Source: Thermoanaerobaculia bacterium (GTDB lineage: Bacteria > Acidobacteriota > Thermoanaerobaculia > Multivoradales > Multivoraceae). From it: a stretch of DNA of 64,000 nt. The notes below the pieces were generated by a model. The model was not told the DNA's origin. It made no database searches and worked only from the letters and a program-made list of their open reading frames with translations. A program made the translations under genes and the position numbers. Shown here in pieces: positions 49,117 through 60,100 of this stretch. How positions within the stretch are numbered: the first letter of the stretch is position 1; every line of letters begins with the position of its first letter. Location: assembly GCA_963664405.1 (NCBI GenBank), contig OY761158.1, forward strand, positions 576,001 through 640,000. Reading direction: 5' to 3'.

Positions 49117-50475
49117 TTAGGCCGAAGAGGGCTTGTCGTCTTGCTTTCGGGGTGGGCGGATCAGGCAGACGAGTACGATCGGCACGATCGCGATCAGAGC
49201 ATCGAGGCCCAGCGTTCGGCGGTAACCGTGCCGACCGGCGAAAGCCCCCTGCCAGACGCTGGTGTAGGTGTTCGCCAAATTGCACAGCGCCATGTAGCCG
49301 GTGAACTGGGTCGCGGCCACGTTGCGGTTGGTCAGACTCATGAACACTGCGTTTCCGGTTCCATACTGCAATCCGTTGGTCAGACTCGCGCCGATGGTTG
49401 CAAGGGTGAAAGCGGTCAGCGTCAGCCCGACAACACCATCGTCTCCGAGGTGGGCCATGAGATAGAGATTGGGCAGGGTCGTCAGAGCGAACCAAGTCAC
49501 CAGCGAGCGTCGGTGGCCCAGACGATCGGAGATCCAGCCGCCGGCGACACATCCCAGAGCTCCACCGATAGAGCCGAGCAGAGCAACCAGCGCGATCTGG
49601 TTCTCATTGAGTCCCATGTCGACCCGGATGGTGGTCGCAATCGTCAGCCCAAGCGCGATCGCACCCTTAGGTGCAAAGGCCAGCAGCACGCCGACAGCGG
49701 GTCCCCAACCTGAGCGAAAGAAACCGCCATAGACATCCCTCAGAAAACCTCCAACGCGACGATAGAGGAGCCTGAGACGGTCTACCGCCGAACCGAGCTC
49801 CGACGAGGCATCATCGCCTAGCCCAGAAAGCACCTCGTCGGGCTCCTGGAGTCGCGTCGATACAAAGAGCAGCAACAGGACGAGCACCAGAAGCACTAGC
49901 AAGAAGGCGGCGCGGAACCCGAACAATCCAGAGATGAAGAGGGCCGCGCTACCGCCGATCGCCTGACCACCAAAGGCTGCCGCGAACATGAATCCATTCG
50001 CGGTGCCAAGCTCCGAGGAGGGGATAACCCTCACCGCAAGGGCGTCAATGGCAACATCCTGGGTCGCCGCAAAAATATTGTGCACCACCATCATGGTGAT
50101 GAGCAGTCGAAAATTCGTCGACAGATCTAAGAAGAGGGCCGTCGACAGAGTGAGAATCATCAGGCTCTGCGACGCGACGATCCAGGTGCGATGCGGCCCG
50201 AAACGGCGCGGCCGAATGAGATCGATAAGAGGGGCCCAAGCCCACTTGAAGCCCCAGGGACCATACAGAGCAGCGGTGAAGAGGCCGATCTCCGCCAGCC
50301 CCACCCCCTGCTGACGCATGTATGTCGCCATCGTCGTCAGGGTGAAGCCAAGGGGGATGCCCTCGGAGATGTAGAGCAGCGAAAAGGTCGTGAAGCGACC
50401 GCGACGGGACTCGAGAAGCCGCGAGCTCACAAGACAACCTTTGACTAACAGACCGAGGCCGCGCTCAGGACACAA
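49117..50475 (-). CDS. AmpG-like MFS transporter
   Basis: LYISEGIPLG, PWGFKWAWAPLID, AATQDVAIDALA, ATQFT; start uncertain. Confidence 0.85.
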   Translation of the reverse strand: MCPERGLGLLVKGCLVSSRLLESRRGRFTTFSLLYISEGIPLGFTLTTMATYMRQQGVGLAEIGLFTAALYGPWGFKWAWAPLIDLIRPRRFGPHRTWIVASQSLMILTLSTALFLDLSTNFRLLITMMVVHNIFAATQDVAIDALAVRVIPSSELGTANGFMFAAAFGGQAIGGSAALFISGLFGFRAAFLLVLLVLVLLLLFVSTRLQEPDEVLSGLGDDASSELGSAVDRLRLLYRRVGGFLRDVYGGFFRSGWGPAVGVLLAFAPKGAIALGLTIATTIRVDMGLNENQIALVALLGSIGGALGCVAGGWISDRLGHRRSLVTWFALTTLPNLYLMAHLGDDGVVGLTLTAFTLATIGASLTNGLQYGTGNAVFMSLTNRNVAATQFTGYMALCNLANTYTSVWQGAFAGRHGYRRTLGLDALIAIVPIVLVCLIRPPRKQDDKPSSA

Positions 50476-50567
50476 TATCCTCGACCACGACGCCTTCGAC
50501 GTCGGTCAGGAGAGCGCCGACGGAGGGCCAACGAGCGGTTTCTCACAGGGGCAGTCTCGGTGTTGCT

Positions 50568-51386
50568 CTACTGACCGTATCGTTCCTTCCTGAGCCCCTT
50601 CAGCGCCAGATCGACCCCCTCCAACCTGAGCTGGCCCTCCGGTCGGGGGCCTCGAGTCTGCATGGTGACCAGATAATCGGCGAACGCAGCGTCGATACCG
50701 ATGCTGTAACCCTGAAGATCCTGGGCGCGATTCGTCGCCACCTTCGCCAACCGCACCGATGCCGCCGTGTTCTCGGCCACCCGTCGCGCGTAAGCCACCG
50801 TCTCGCGTTCGAGATCCTCAGGCTCGAAAACTTGGTTCACGAAGCCGATCTCCTTGGCCTCGGCGGCGTCGACGAATCGATACTCGAATAGGAGCTCTTT
50901 CGCCTTCCTGGGGTGAAGATCCCACGGCAGCGAGAAATACTCGAGCTGCGAAGGAAGAAAGAGAGCCTCCGTCGAGGCGAAAACCAGATCCATCGCCGCG
51001 GCAATCATCCAGCCACCGAAGATGCAATAGCCCTCGACCAGAGCTATCGTCGGCTTGGGAAGGTTGCGCCACTTGAGGGTGTAGTCGAGGTTGTACTTGC
51101 GAAAGTTATCGTAGAACTCGAGGCCTTGGTCAGGAACACCCCGCTGCTTCTGGTCCGCGGCCTGCTCGGCGGTGCCGAGATCGTGGCCCGACGAGAAGTT
51201 TCCGTCGGCGCCATCGACGATCACCACTCGTACGTCCTTGTCATCGACGGCCCGGTCCAGTGCCTGATCCAGCTGATCGAGAAGGCGCCAGCTCTGGGCG
51301 TTCCGATACCTGGGTCGATTCAGAGTGACTCTGGCGATAGGGCCATCAACAGAGTAGAGAACATCCTGGGTCGCAGTCTTGTGCAT
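50568..51386 (-). CDS. Enoyl-CoA hydratase/isomerase family
   Basis: TLNRPRYRNA, FSSGHDL, PKPTIALVEGYCIFGG. Confidence 0.9.
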   Translation of the reverse strand: MHKTATQDVLYSVDGPIARVTLNRPRYRNAQSWRLLDQLDQALDRAVDDKDVRVVIVDGADGNFSSGHDLGTAEQAADQKQRGVPDQGLEFYDNFRKYNLDYTLKWRNLPKPTIALVEGYCIFGGWMIAAAMDLVFASTEALFLPSQLEYFSLPWDLHPRKAKELLFEYRFVDAAEAKEIGFVNQVFEPEDLERETVAYARRVAENTAASVRLAKVATNRAQDLQGYSIGIDAAFADYLVTMQTRGPRPEGQLRLEGVDLALKGLRKERYGQ

Positions 51387-51547
51387 CGCATCTCCTGAGG
51401 TTACCGAAGAGCATACCGCCCGCAGCCTACCGAGGTCACGACGGCTGCGATCTCGCGATTGCGGTGCCGGTAACGCCGCGGTCGAATAGGCGCTGAATCT
51501 CGGCCTCACTGAAGCCGAGTCGCTCTCGCAAAAGACGAGCCACCGAA

Positions 51548-51721
51548 ATGGGGTTCGACGCCAACCACTGGTTCATGAACGTCGAGTACGCCGCCCTCGA
51601 TCGCATCGGCCACGAGACCGTGCGCTACGTCGCCAACATCTACAAGTACTACTCCGCCTACCGGGTCGGCCTCGAGCTCGCGGATCAAAGACGCGAGCTC
51701 CTGGACGAACTCGAGAGATGA
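51548..51721 (+). pseudogene. C-terminal remnant of an MltF-like lytic transglycosylase
   Basis: MGFDANHWFMNVEYAALDRIGHETVRYVANIYKYY; no upstream body. Confidence 0.6.
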
Positions 51722-51745
51722 GAAGAAGCTTAGCCGACCGCGCTT

Positions 51746-53035
51746 TCAGCTGCCGAAAGAGCGGTCGAAGAGCTCTTCGATCGCTTTGAGAGCCGCGTCC
51801 GTGGGAAAACGCGTTCCGGTACCGGCGAAGTGCGTCCGACGGATCACAGGTGCATCCACCGGCTGCCAGACTTCGTCGCGCCACTCGAACCATCGCTCCT
51901 GCGCCTGATCGAAGACGTAGACCCGTTTGTGGAAGTGCCGAGCCAGCTCGACACCCCATCCCGTGCCGCCACGGACGGTGCCGTCCTCCTGAAGGTACCC
52001 GACCGCAAACACCTCTCCGGCGGTCGCTACCTGGTGCCAGATCATCTTGAGAATACGCTGGAAGGTCTCAGTCTTGGGAAACGACCTGTGAAGCTGAACT
52101 TTGATGTAGGCCTCACTGACGCTACCGCGGTCGAGAGCCTCTTCGCTCAGGATCTCTAGTCCTCGTGAACGCTTCGGCTCACGACCGGCAAAGGTGAAGT
52201 TGACCTCGCCCACGCGGTGGCGCTCGGCGGCCTCTCCGAACGCCTTTTCCACACCCTTCGCGCTCCCCGAGATCAGGGTGAAGGCCTTGGGCGGAAGACT
52301 GACACGAGTCTCTTCCTGCTCCTCCCTTGCAATCTGCATGGTATCGGGATGAAGAACCAAGTGGGTCTCCGAGGGTTCGGGGTTGTCGTGATCCTTGAGC
52401 AGGCGGATACTAACTTCCGCCCCCTCGGGTTCGAGAAAGATCGCGATGTCGATCTCGTTCGCGCATCCGTCGCAGGGCGGAGTGATCCGGGTCGGATGGT
52501 CGGTGGTCGCCGCGCGCTGAGTCTGCGCCGACATCCACAGCTCGGCGCCGACGGTAGCAGCCAGTTCTTTGAGCAAGCCGATCTCGGCGACCAGGCTGTC
52601 CGGCTCGAAACCTGCCCAATCGAAGCCATCGATGAGAATCGCCCTTGGCATGAAGCCCAGCCCGTTGTCGTAGAGCTTGAGGGTTTCCGCCAGCTTCTCA
52701 GCATCCAGCGAGCCGCGTGGGGCAGCGTGGATCAGCCGATTCCGACCCAGCCTCTCTCGCGCTTGCACGACTTCTTCGTCATCGAAACTACTCTCAGCAA
52801 GATCCTCGAAGAGCGCGTCGTAGAACGACTCCATGTGGTCGAGATCCTGGCCGAAGGCAACGTGGAGCGTAGGCTTCTCGCGAAGCGCGTGATCAATACC
52901 GACCTGCACCAAGAACGCAGTCTTGCCGACTCCGGCGCGCGCCATGACGACGCCGAGGTCGCCGGGGCGAACCGCCCCGTGGGCGGTCTCTTCGAGGATT
53001 CGAAGAGGACTTCTCGAAATCTCTGTCGTCAACAT
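51746..53035 (-). CDS. RecA/KaiC/DnaB-like P-loop ATPase fused to a C-terminal SLOG-like domain
   Basis: MARAGVGKT, ILIDG, WMSAQT; then SGSAKG, VRGGTGWGVELA, FAGTGTR. Confidence 0.7.
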   Translation of the reverse strand: MLTTEISRSPLRILEETAHGAVRPGDLGVVMARAGVGKTAFLVQVGIDHALREKPTLHVAFGQDLDHMESFYDALFEDLAESSFDDEEVVQARERLGRNRLIHAAPRGSLDAEKLAETLKLYDNGLGFMPRAILIDGFDWAGFEPDSLVAEIGLLKELAATVGAELWMSAQTQRAATTDHPTRITPPCDGCANEIDIAIFLEPEGAEVSIRLLKDHDNPEPSETHLVLHPDTMQIAREEQEETRVSLPPKAFTLISGSAKGVEKAFGEAAERHRVGEVNFTFAGREPKRSRGLEILSEEALDRGSVSEAYIKVQLHRSFPKTETFQRILKMIWHQVATAGEVFAVGYLQEDGTVRGGTGWGVELARHFHKRVYVFDQAQERWFEWRDEVWQPVDAPVIRRTHFAGTGTRFPTDAALKAIEELFDRSFGS

Positions 53036-53048
53036 CTAGATCTACTCC

Positions 53049-55130
53049 TCAAGCCTTTACTTCGGCGGCCTTACGGGCCACCAATTCTTCTTGCACAGAA
53101 TCCGGGGCGGGGGCGTAGCGGGAAAACTCCATGGTGAACTCGGCCTTGCCCTGGGTCGACGAGCGTAGCGAGGTGGCGTAGCCGAACATCTCGGCCAGCG
53201 GTACCTCGGCATCGGTGGCCGCCATGACCCCGTCCTCCTCCGAGCCTATGATCGAGGCGCGGCGCTGCATCAAAGTGGTCAGAACAGCACCGCTGAACTC
53301 ACTCGGGCTCTCGACCGAGACGCGCATGATCGGCTCGAGTACCCGCGGCTTACCGCGATCGTAAGCCTCTCTCCAGGCGCCGCGAGCCGCCTCTTTGAAA
53401 GCGATCTCCGAAGAGTCGACTGCGTGGTTGTTGCCATCGTTGATGACCACTCGTACGTTGACGACCGGAGCGCCGATCTTGCGACCCTCGGCTATCATCG
53501 AGCGAAATCCCTTCTGCACCGCCGGGATGAACTTGGTGGGAATGACTCCACCCCTGATCTCGTCAACGAACTCGAATTCGGCATCCGGATTCGGTTCGAT
53601 GTACCCGGTGACGCGACCGTACTGGCCTGAGCCACCGGTCTGCTTCTTGTGGATGTAGTCGAAGTCGACGCGCCGGGTCACCGTCTCGCGGTAGGCGACG
53701 CGAGGGGGAGAGACTTCGACTTCGACGCTGTACTCCCGTCGCATGCGCTCGAGATAGACCTCGAGCTGTAGCTCGCCCATGCCGTGAATAACGGTCTCTC
53801 CCGAATCGGGATCGGCACCGGCCCGGAAGGTTGGATCCTCCTTGGTGAAGCGACGCAGGGCCTTGGTGAGGTTGGCCTGCGACTTGTTGCCCACCGGATG
53901 CACCGACAAGGAGATGACCGGCTCCGGAACGTAAATCGAAGTCAAGGCCACCTGCAGGCCGCCGCTGGTAAAGGTGTCGCCGGAGTGGCAGTCGAGACCA
54001 AATATGGCAACGATGTCGCCAGGTCCCGCCTCCAACACATCCTCCATCTCGTCTGCGTGCATCCGCACCAGACGACCGATCTTGGTCTGTTTGCCCGTAC
54101 GCGTGTTAGTGATCAACGTCTCGCGGTTGGCCGTGCCCTGGTAGAGACGGATGTAGGTGAGTTGCCCATAACGCCCGTCTTCGAGCTTGAAGGCGAGGAG
54201 AACGACATCATCGTCAGGGTCGCTGGACAAGATCATCTTGTCCTCATCAGCGCTATCGAGGCGGATGCCCTCGTTCACAATCTCGGTGGGGTTCGGGAGA
54301 TAGCGACATACTGCATCGAGTAGGGGCTGCACGCCCTTGTTCTTGTAGGCCGAACCAATCAACATCGGCGTCAGCTGAAGCGAGATCGTCGCTTCTCGAA
54401 TCGCCTCCCAGATGACCTCTTCGCTGAGCGTGTCTTCGAGAATGGCTTCCATGAGCTCGACCGAGAACATCGAAACCGCATCGAGCATCTCTTCGCGAGC
54501 AGCTTCGGCGGCCGCTTTATGCTCGCCGGGAATCTCCCGATCCACCGGCTCTTCGCCAAATTCGCCCTCGAAATAGATCGCCTTCATCGAGATGAGATCG
54601 ATGACCCCCTCGAAGTCGTGACCCAGGCCGATCGGCAACTGCAAGAGCACCGGATTCTGCCCGAGCTTCTCTCGTAGCTGATCCCTCACCCGATGAGGAT
54701 CGGCCCCCTCCCGATCGCACTTGTTGACGAAGGCAATACGGGGCACCTTGTAGCGGTTCATCTGCCGGTCGACGGTGAAGGACTGACTCTGTACTCCGGC
54801 CACCGCGCAGAGCACCAGCACCGCCCCATCGAGCACCCGCAAACTACGCTCGACTTCGATGGTGAAGTCGACGTGGCCAGGGGTATCGATGATGTTGATG
54901 TGATTGCCGTCCCATTCGCAGTGAGTGGCGGCGGAGGCGATGGTGATGCCTCGCTCGCGCTCCAGCTCCATCGAGTCCATCTTGGCGCCGACCCCGTCCT
55001 TGCCACGAACGTCGTGGATGGCGTGAACCCGATCGGTGTAGAAAAGAACTCGCTCCGTCAGGGTAGTCTTGCCGCTGTCGATGTGTGCGGAGATCCCGAT
55101 ATTGCGTAGAGTGCTGAGGTCTTGGGTCAT
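53049..55130 (-). CDS. fusA: Elongation factor G
   Basis: [58 protein letters not shown]. Confidence 0.95.
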   Translation of the reverse strand: MTQDLSTLRNIGISAHIDSGKTTLTERVLFYTDRVHAIHDVRGKDGVGAKMDSMELERERGITIASAATHCEWDGNHINIIDTPGHVDFTIEVERSLRVLDGAVLVLCAVAGVQSQSFTVDRQMNRYKVPRIAFVNKCDREGADPHRVRDQLREKLGQNPVLLQLPIGLGHDFEGVIDLISMKAIYFEGEFGEEPVDREIPGEHKAAAEAAREEMLDAVSMFSVELMEAILEDTLSEEVIWEAIREATISLQLTPMLIGSAYKNKGVQPLLDAVCRYLPNPTEIVNEGIRLDSADEDKMILSSDPDDDVVLLAFKLEDGRYGQLTYIRLYQGTANRETLITNTRTGKQTKIGRLVRMHADEMEDVLEAGPGDIVAIFGLDCHSGDTFTSGGLQVALTSIYVPEPVISLSVHPVGNKSQANLTKALRRFTKEDPTFRAGADPDSGETVIHGMGELQLEVYLERMRREYSVEVEVSPPRVAYRETVTRRVDFDYIHKKQTGGSGQYGRVTGYIEPNPDAEFEFVDEIRGGVIPTKFIPAVQKGFRSMIAEGRKIGAPVVNVRVVINDGNNHAVDSSEIAFKEAARGAWREAYDRGKPRVLEPIMRVSVESPSEFSGAVLTTLMQRRASIIGSEEDGVMAATDAEVPLAEMFGYATSLRSSTQGKAEFTMEFSRYAPAPDSVQEELVARKAAEVKA

Positions 55131-55348
55131 GGCTGCTCTCCTGGAGGGCTACCTGCGGAGCTCGAGTTCAGCGCCTAGACCTAGACGCCCCAAGCTCAGG
55201 GGCAATCGAAATAGTTGATCTTGTTGAGGAATCGAAATGCCGACGACTGCCGGCACACCGCATTGCGCGAACAGGCCAAACTCAGAGCCCGATACATACG
55301 CAGAGAGCGTACTTTACCACAGAAGTCAAATAGAAAGGCGATTAGTTC

Positions 55349-56029
55349 ATGGATTTCAACGAGGTAGTCCGCACCACCTTTGCTGCGCGCGAGTTCCTGC
55401 CCGATCCAGTCCCCGACCAGGCCCTCTACGAGATCCTCGAACACGCTCGCTTCGCACCTAGTGGAGGTAATCGCCAGGGCTGGCACGTCATCATCGTCCG
55501 CGACCCCACCGCTCGCGCGCGGCTTGCCGAAATGATTCAGCCGGTGTGGCGCCTCTACCGAGCGCAGGTGGGCGCCGGCGAGAACCCGCTAAACGCCATC
55601 GTGCCAAGCAAAGTCGACGCTGAGCAAGCGGCGGAGACTCCCGCCCCCTCTCCACTTCTCGACCACCTTGACGAGCCGCTCCGGATCCCGACCCTGCTCG
55701 TTGTCACCGTCGACCTCTCGGTCGTCGCATCGATGGACAAGGATCTCGACCGCATCGGTGTCATCAGCGGAGCTTCGATCTACCCCTTCGTCTGGAACCT
55801 CCTCCTCTCCGCACGAAGCCGAGGCTACGGGGGCGTACTCACGACCTTCCTCGCCGCGGCCGAGCCTGCTGCCCAGGAGCTGCTTGGAATTCCACCCAGT
55901 CATGCGGTCGCCGCGATGGTGCCTCTGGGAAAGCCGGTCAGGCAGCTCACCAAGCTCCGACGGCGACCGGTTGAGGAGTTTGCGACTTTGGACCGCTTCG
56001 ATGGCGAGAGCTTTTCGCTTCCGGGATAG
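55349..56029 (+). CDS. Nitroreductase family protein
   Basis: ARFAPSGGNRQGWH, GASIYPFVWNLLL. Confidence 0.9.
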   Translation: MDFNEVVRTTFAAREFLPDPVPDQALYEILEHARFAPSGGNRQGWHVIIVRDPTARARLAEMIQPVWRLYRAQVGAGENPLNAIVPSKVDAEQAAETPAPSPLLDHLDEPLRIPTLLVVTVDLSVVASMDKDLDRIGVISGASIYPFVWNLLLSARSRGYGGVLTTFLAAAEPAAQELLGIPPSHAVAAMVPLGKPVRQLTKLRRRPVEEFATLDRFDGESFSLPG

Positions 56030-56064
56030 AGACCGAGACGAAAGTGAGGATCGGCGCTCGAGAG

Positions 56065-56231
56065 CGAGTGTCCTGTATCAGTGGTTCGTTGCATAAATCG
56101 CGCAGTCATTTTGGGTGCTGCCAAGGCGCTACGACGAAGGCATATTGGGCAATATTGCGAGGAGGAGAAACGACGGCAGCGCGCAAAAGGGCCAGCGAGT
56201 TGTGGGACGAACTACTGGTACAGGACACTAG
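56065..56231 (+). repeat. CTAG-type palindromic element, copy 4 (167 bp)
   Basis: cgagtgtcctgtatcagtggttcg ... cgaactactggtacaggacactag; core CAAGGCGC...GAAGGCATATtgggcaATATTGCGAGG. Confidence 0.85.
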
Positions 56232-56776
56232 CTCTTCAGCCCCTCGAGCATGCTGATGAAGGCATCACGCTCGGCGGCAGCGGTCGCACCAGGAGCAACC
56301 AAGCGCAAGAACCAGGGCCCGCCCTCGCCCTCGACGATCGCCCCCAGCAGACGGTAGCCCGGCAGATCCGTGCTCGGAAAGGAGCCGATACGGCTCGCTT
56401 TGAGCGTCCCGGAAACGTCAACCGTGTGCACTCGGAGGCTGCCGACCGAGAGCTCTTCACGGATCGGCCCGCTTCCTGCCGCCAATTCGAGCTGGCCAAT
56501 CCACCGCTCGATATTGGCCTCGACTCCCCCACCGCCGCCCACTCCAAAATGAAAAACCAGAAACTCCCCATCGCCGCCGGCTCCAGGCACCCTCGCCTGC
56601 AGAAGACGCATATTCGAGCTTGGTGTCTCGGGCTCCCAGCCGGACGGAATCTCGATGCCTAGTCCACGAGCAGAGATCACCTCGGCCGCCACTCCGCCGC
56701 CAACCGCGAACAAGAATGCCGCGGCTATCAGCGTCGGAAGCCGGTAAGGGGCCGGGCCCGTGACGATTCGGATCAT
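56228..56776 (-). CDS. Secreted hypothetical protein
   Basis: PSSNMRL, FHFG...GGVEANIERWIGQ, YRLLGAIVEGEGGPWFLRL; stop TAG lies in the CTAG of element copy 4. Confidence 0.75.
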   Translation of the reverse strand: MIRIVTGPAPYRLPTLIAAAFLFAVGGGVAAEVISARGLGIEIPSGWEPETPSSNMRLLQARVPGAGGDGEFLVFHFGVGGGGGVEANIERWIGQLELAAGSGPIREELSVGSLRVHTVDVSGTLKASRIGSFPSTDLPGYRLLGAIVEGEGGPWFLRLVAPGATAAAERDAFISMLEGLKS

Positions 56777-56856
56777 GAAAGTAGGCTGCGGAGCGTTGGA
56801 AGACACCGGCGCAGAGGCTAGCAGAAAGTGAAATGGATCGTCTCGGCCCTTCGCAC

Positions 56857-57022
56857 CTAGTGTTGTGTCTCCGACATGGCTTGCCAAGAGCTCGAGGTCA
56901 TTTTGTTCGCTGTCAAGGAGCGACGAGGCAGGCATATTTGGAATATGTCGACGAGTCGCGACGACGGCAGCGGGCAAAAGGGGCCGAGATATTGGTAAGC
57001 CATGTCGGAGACACGGCACTAG
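56857..57022 (+). repeat. CTAG-bounded palindromic element, copy 5 (166 bp)
   Basis: ctagtgttgtgtctccgacatggcttgccaa ... ttggtaagccatgtcggagacacggcactag. Confidence 0.88.
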
Positions 57023-57031
57023 AATGGCGCG

Positions 57032-57985
57032 GTGAGCAGCTCTCCCCAAGAGACCCCTTTGCCTACGTTCCGGCGGCGCACTCTGGATGAGCCAGAGATC
57101 GTCCACCCCCACCGGCGCCATCTCTTCCATCCCAAGCGGGGCTGGTTCCGTAGACTCGAGCGCTGGCTGAGCTCCCTGCTGAGCGCTCGAATCTACCCCC
57201 ACTTCCCCATCCTTGGCGCTGTCTACTCTCGACAGATCGAACGCGACCTCACAGTGGCGGAGGTCGAAATCGGGATCCGGAGTCTAGGTAGTGCCTTCGA
57301 TGGTCTGCAGCTGTTGTTGGTGAGCGACATTCATACCGGGGCCTTCCTTCCTCCGCCCATCCTCAGTCAGACCTTCGAACGGCTTGCCTCGCTCGCGCCC
57401 GATGTGATCCTCCTCTGCGGCGACCTCATTACGACCCGGCTGGAAGACCTCACAGAACATCTGGAAGCCTTCGCCGCCCTCGGGGCCCCACTCGGCGTCT
57501 TCGCAGTTCTCGGCAACCATGACCACTACACCGAGGACGTGGGTGCGCTGAAGCAGCAGTTGGAAGAAACAGGGGTTGAGCTCCTCCACAACCGCTCGAT
57601 CGAGCTGAAGTGCGGCGGCGACCGTCTCTTCCTCGCCGGCATCGACGACTGGCTCATGGGCGAGCCGGACCTTCCAGCAGCGCTCGAAGGTGTAGAGCGC
57701 CCCACCGTTCTCCTCTCACACAACCCGGACTCCTTCTTCGACGCGGCGGCATCGAGCGTAGATCTCGTGCTCTCGGGGCACACTCACGCCGGCCAGATCC
57801 GAGTTCCCGGACTCGGGGTTCTGGTACGCCAGAGTCGTTACGGCCTCGATGACGGCCGTTACCGGCTCGGGGAGTGCGAGCTCGTTGTCAGTCGGGGATT
57901 AGGAGCCGTAGGACTTCCGTTGCGCTTGGCCTGCCCGCCAGAAGCCGTGCTCATCCGACTGCGACAGCGGACGCCCCGCCCCTAG
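57032..57985 (+). CDS. Metallophosphoesterase (YkuE/YaeI-like)
   Basis: SDIH, GDL, GNHDH, LSHNPD, SGHTHAGQ. Confidence 0.92.
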   Translation: MSSSPQETPLPTFRRRTLDEPEIVHPHRRHLFHPKRGWFRRLERWLSSLLSARIYPHFPILGAVYSRQIERDLTVAEVEIGIRSLGSAFDGLQLLLVSDIHTGAFLPPPILSQTFERLASLAPDVILLCGDLITTRLEDLTEHLEAFAALGAPLGVFAVLGNHDHYTEDVGALKQQLEETGVELLHNRSIELKCGGDRLFLAGIDDWLMGEPDLPAALEGVERPTVLLSHNPDSFFDAAASSVDLVLSGHTHAGQIRVPGLGVLVRQSRYGLDDGRYRLGECELVVSRGLGAVGLPLRLACPPEAVLIRLRQRTPRP

Positions 57986-58005
57986 CCGAATGGTAGCCTG
58001 CCGAA

Positions 58006-58767
58006 GTGCCAGGGCCCGACTATCTACAGCGGAACCGGACGCAGTGGAACACCCTCGCCGCCGAGTACGCGCCCCGCGCCGTTCTCTCCTGGGCGCAGTC
58101 GGAGCCGAGCTGGGGAATCTGGGGGATCCCGGAGTCCGAGCTCGGCCTACTTGCCGACGTCGCCGGCAAGGACGCGCTCGAAGACGGCTGCGGCACCGCT
58201 TATGTATCGGCGTGGATGAAGCGCAGAGGAGCCGCACCGGTCGGGCTCGACAACTCCCCCGCCCAACTGGCGACGGCGAGGCGGATGCAGCGCGAGCACG
58301 ATCTTCACTTTCCGCTCGTTCACGGTGCGGCAGAGACGCTGCCCTTCCCGACGGAGAGCTTCGACCTGGTCTTCTCCGAGTACGGGGCCGCGATCTGGTC
58401 CGACCCTTACCTGTGGATTCCCGAGGCGAGCCGTGTGCTCCGCCAGGGTGGAGAGCTCATTCACCTCGGCAACGGGACTCTGCTCATGGCCTGCATGCCG
58501 GAGCTCGATACCGACCTGCCCGCCAAGCACGAGCTGTTGAGGGACTATTTCGGCATGCATCGATTCGAGTGGCCCGACGACGAAAGCGTCGAGTTTCATC
58601 TCGGATACGGCGACTGGATTCGCCTCTTTCGAAGCCACGACCTCGAGGTCCTGGACCTTCTGGAACTGCGCCCGTCAGCAGGAGCGGAAACGGTCTATGA
58701 CTTCGTCAGCGCGGAATGGGCGCGCCGATGGCCGGCAGAGCAGGTCTGGAGGGTGCGCAAGCGCTGA
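58006..58767 (+). CDS. Class I SAM-dependent methyltransferase
   Basis: LEDGCGTAY, GLDNS, SFDLVFSEYGA. Confidence 0.9.
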   Translation: MPGPDYLQRNRTQWNTLAAEYAPRAVLSWAQSEPSWGIWGIPESELGLLADVAGKDALEDGCGTAYVSAWMKRRGAAPVGLDNSPAQLATARRMQREHDLHFPLVHGAAETLPFPTESFDLVFSEYGAAIWSDPYLWIPEASRVLRQGGELIHLGNGTLLMACMPELDTDLPAKHELLRDYFGMHRFEWPDDESVEFHLGYGDWIRLFRSHDLEVLDLLELRPSAGAETVYDFVSAEWARRWPAEQVWRVRKR

Positions 58768-58797
58768 GCGGACCTAGGGCCACCCCTCAAAGCGAAC

Positions 58798-60027
58798 ATG
58801 AGCACTCTGGCTGCACCGCGCCTCTGTTGCCTCGACCTCGACACCTTCTTCGTCTCGGTCGAGAGACTCCTCGACTCCTCCCTCGAAGGCAAGCCTGTGA
58901 TCGTGGGAGGTCGGCCAGGCCAGCGCGGCGTGGTCACCGCATGTAGCTACGAGGTACGCACTTTCGGCGTGCGCTCCGGAATGTCCCTCACCGAGGCTGT
59001 GCGCCTCGCCCCTCGAGAGGCCATCTTCCTGCCGACCCGCAGCGACACCTACGGGCAGTACTCCAAGGCCGTGCGAGAAATCGCCGCCCGCTACTCGCCG
59101 GTCATCCAGGTCGCCAGCATCGACGAGCTCTACATGGACCTCGCCGGCTGCGAAGCGCTCTACCGCAAGCCTGGCGACGCCTCGGATGACGCGACGATCT
59201 TGCGCACCGTTCGCGAGCTGACGACGACGATCAAAACTGAGCAGGGACTCCCGGCCAGCGTCGGCATCGCCACCAGTCGATCGATGGCCAAGGTCGCAAG
59301 CGGACTCGCCAAGCCGGCGGGAGTTCTTCTCATTCCCGGCGGCACCGAAGCGGAGCTACTGGCGCCACTTCCCGTTCGCAAGCTCCCCGGCATCGGACCG
59401 GTGGCGGAGGCGAAGCTCTCCAGCCACGGGATCGGGACTCTCGGCCAGATCGCCTCGGCGCCGCTCCCCGAGCTACAGCAGATCTTCGGGGCCTGGGCCG
59501 AGCATGTTCAGGCGGGGGCGCGCGGCGAAGGATCCTCGGATCTCAGTCGCGATCGGCCCGCGTTCCGCGAGCATGACCTCGCCGGCGACTCGGTCGGTAG
59601 CATCTCGAACGAGCGTACCTTCGGTCGCGACGTGCGCGATCCCAGCGTCCTCGAGGCGCGCTTGTGCTCTCTGTGCGAACGAGTGTGCTGGCGGGCACGA
59701 AAGCGGGGAGTCAAAGCTCGTACGGTGACACTCAAGCTTCGCTATTCCGATTTCCAGACCCTCTCCCGTTCCAGAACCATCCCCCCCACCTCCTCCGAGC
59801 TCGAGATCTTTCCCGTCATCAAGGAGCTCATGGCCAAGGCGCACACCCGCGGTAGAAGCATCCGCCTGCTCGGCGTGGCGCTCTCAAATCTCGGATTCTT
59901 CGACAACCAGCTATCACTCTTCGAAGACGCTCGGCGCAACCAGGCCGTGGACGGGATCCGCGAGAAGTTCGGCTACGATGCAGTTCGCCTGGCTTCTGGG
60001 CGTCGGTTTCAAACGCGACGGCAATGA
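58798..60027 (+). CDS. dinB: DNA polymerase IV
   Basis: LDLDTFFVSVE, CSYEVRTFGVRSGM, SIDELY, AKPAG, LPGIG, IRLLGV. Confidence 0.93.
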   Translation: MSTLAAPRLCCLDLDTFFVSVERLLDSSLEGKPVIVGGRPGQRGVVTACSYEVRTFGVRSGMSLTEAVRLAPREAIFLPTRSDTYGQYSKAVREIAARYSPVIQVASIDELYMDLAGCEALYRKPGDASDDATILRTVRELTTTIKTEQGLPASVGIATSRSMAKVASGLAKPAGVLLIPGGTEAELLAPLPVRKLPGIGPVAEAKLSSHGIGTLGQIASAPLPELQQIFGAWAEHVQAGARGEGSSDLSRDRPAFREHDLAGDSVGSISNERTFGRDVRDPSVLEARLCSLCERVCWRARKRGVKARTVTLKLRYSDFQTLSRSRTIPPTSSELEIFPVIKELMAKAHTRGRSIRLLGVALSNLGFFDNQLSLFEDARRNQAVDGIREKFGYDAVRLASGRRFQTRRQ

Positions 60028-60100
60028 GAGTGGGCGCCGCTGCGGGAAGCGGTAGGCGAGCGGCGGCCCGGCCCGCGCTTCGGGTGTCTTGAGGGCGGGT

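Noticed and set aside
56777-57202. Long N-terminal extension of ORF 56228..57202 (similarly 4806-4979)
   Set aside because: Reads through a palindromic repeat; signal-peptide-like start is at 56776.
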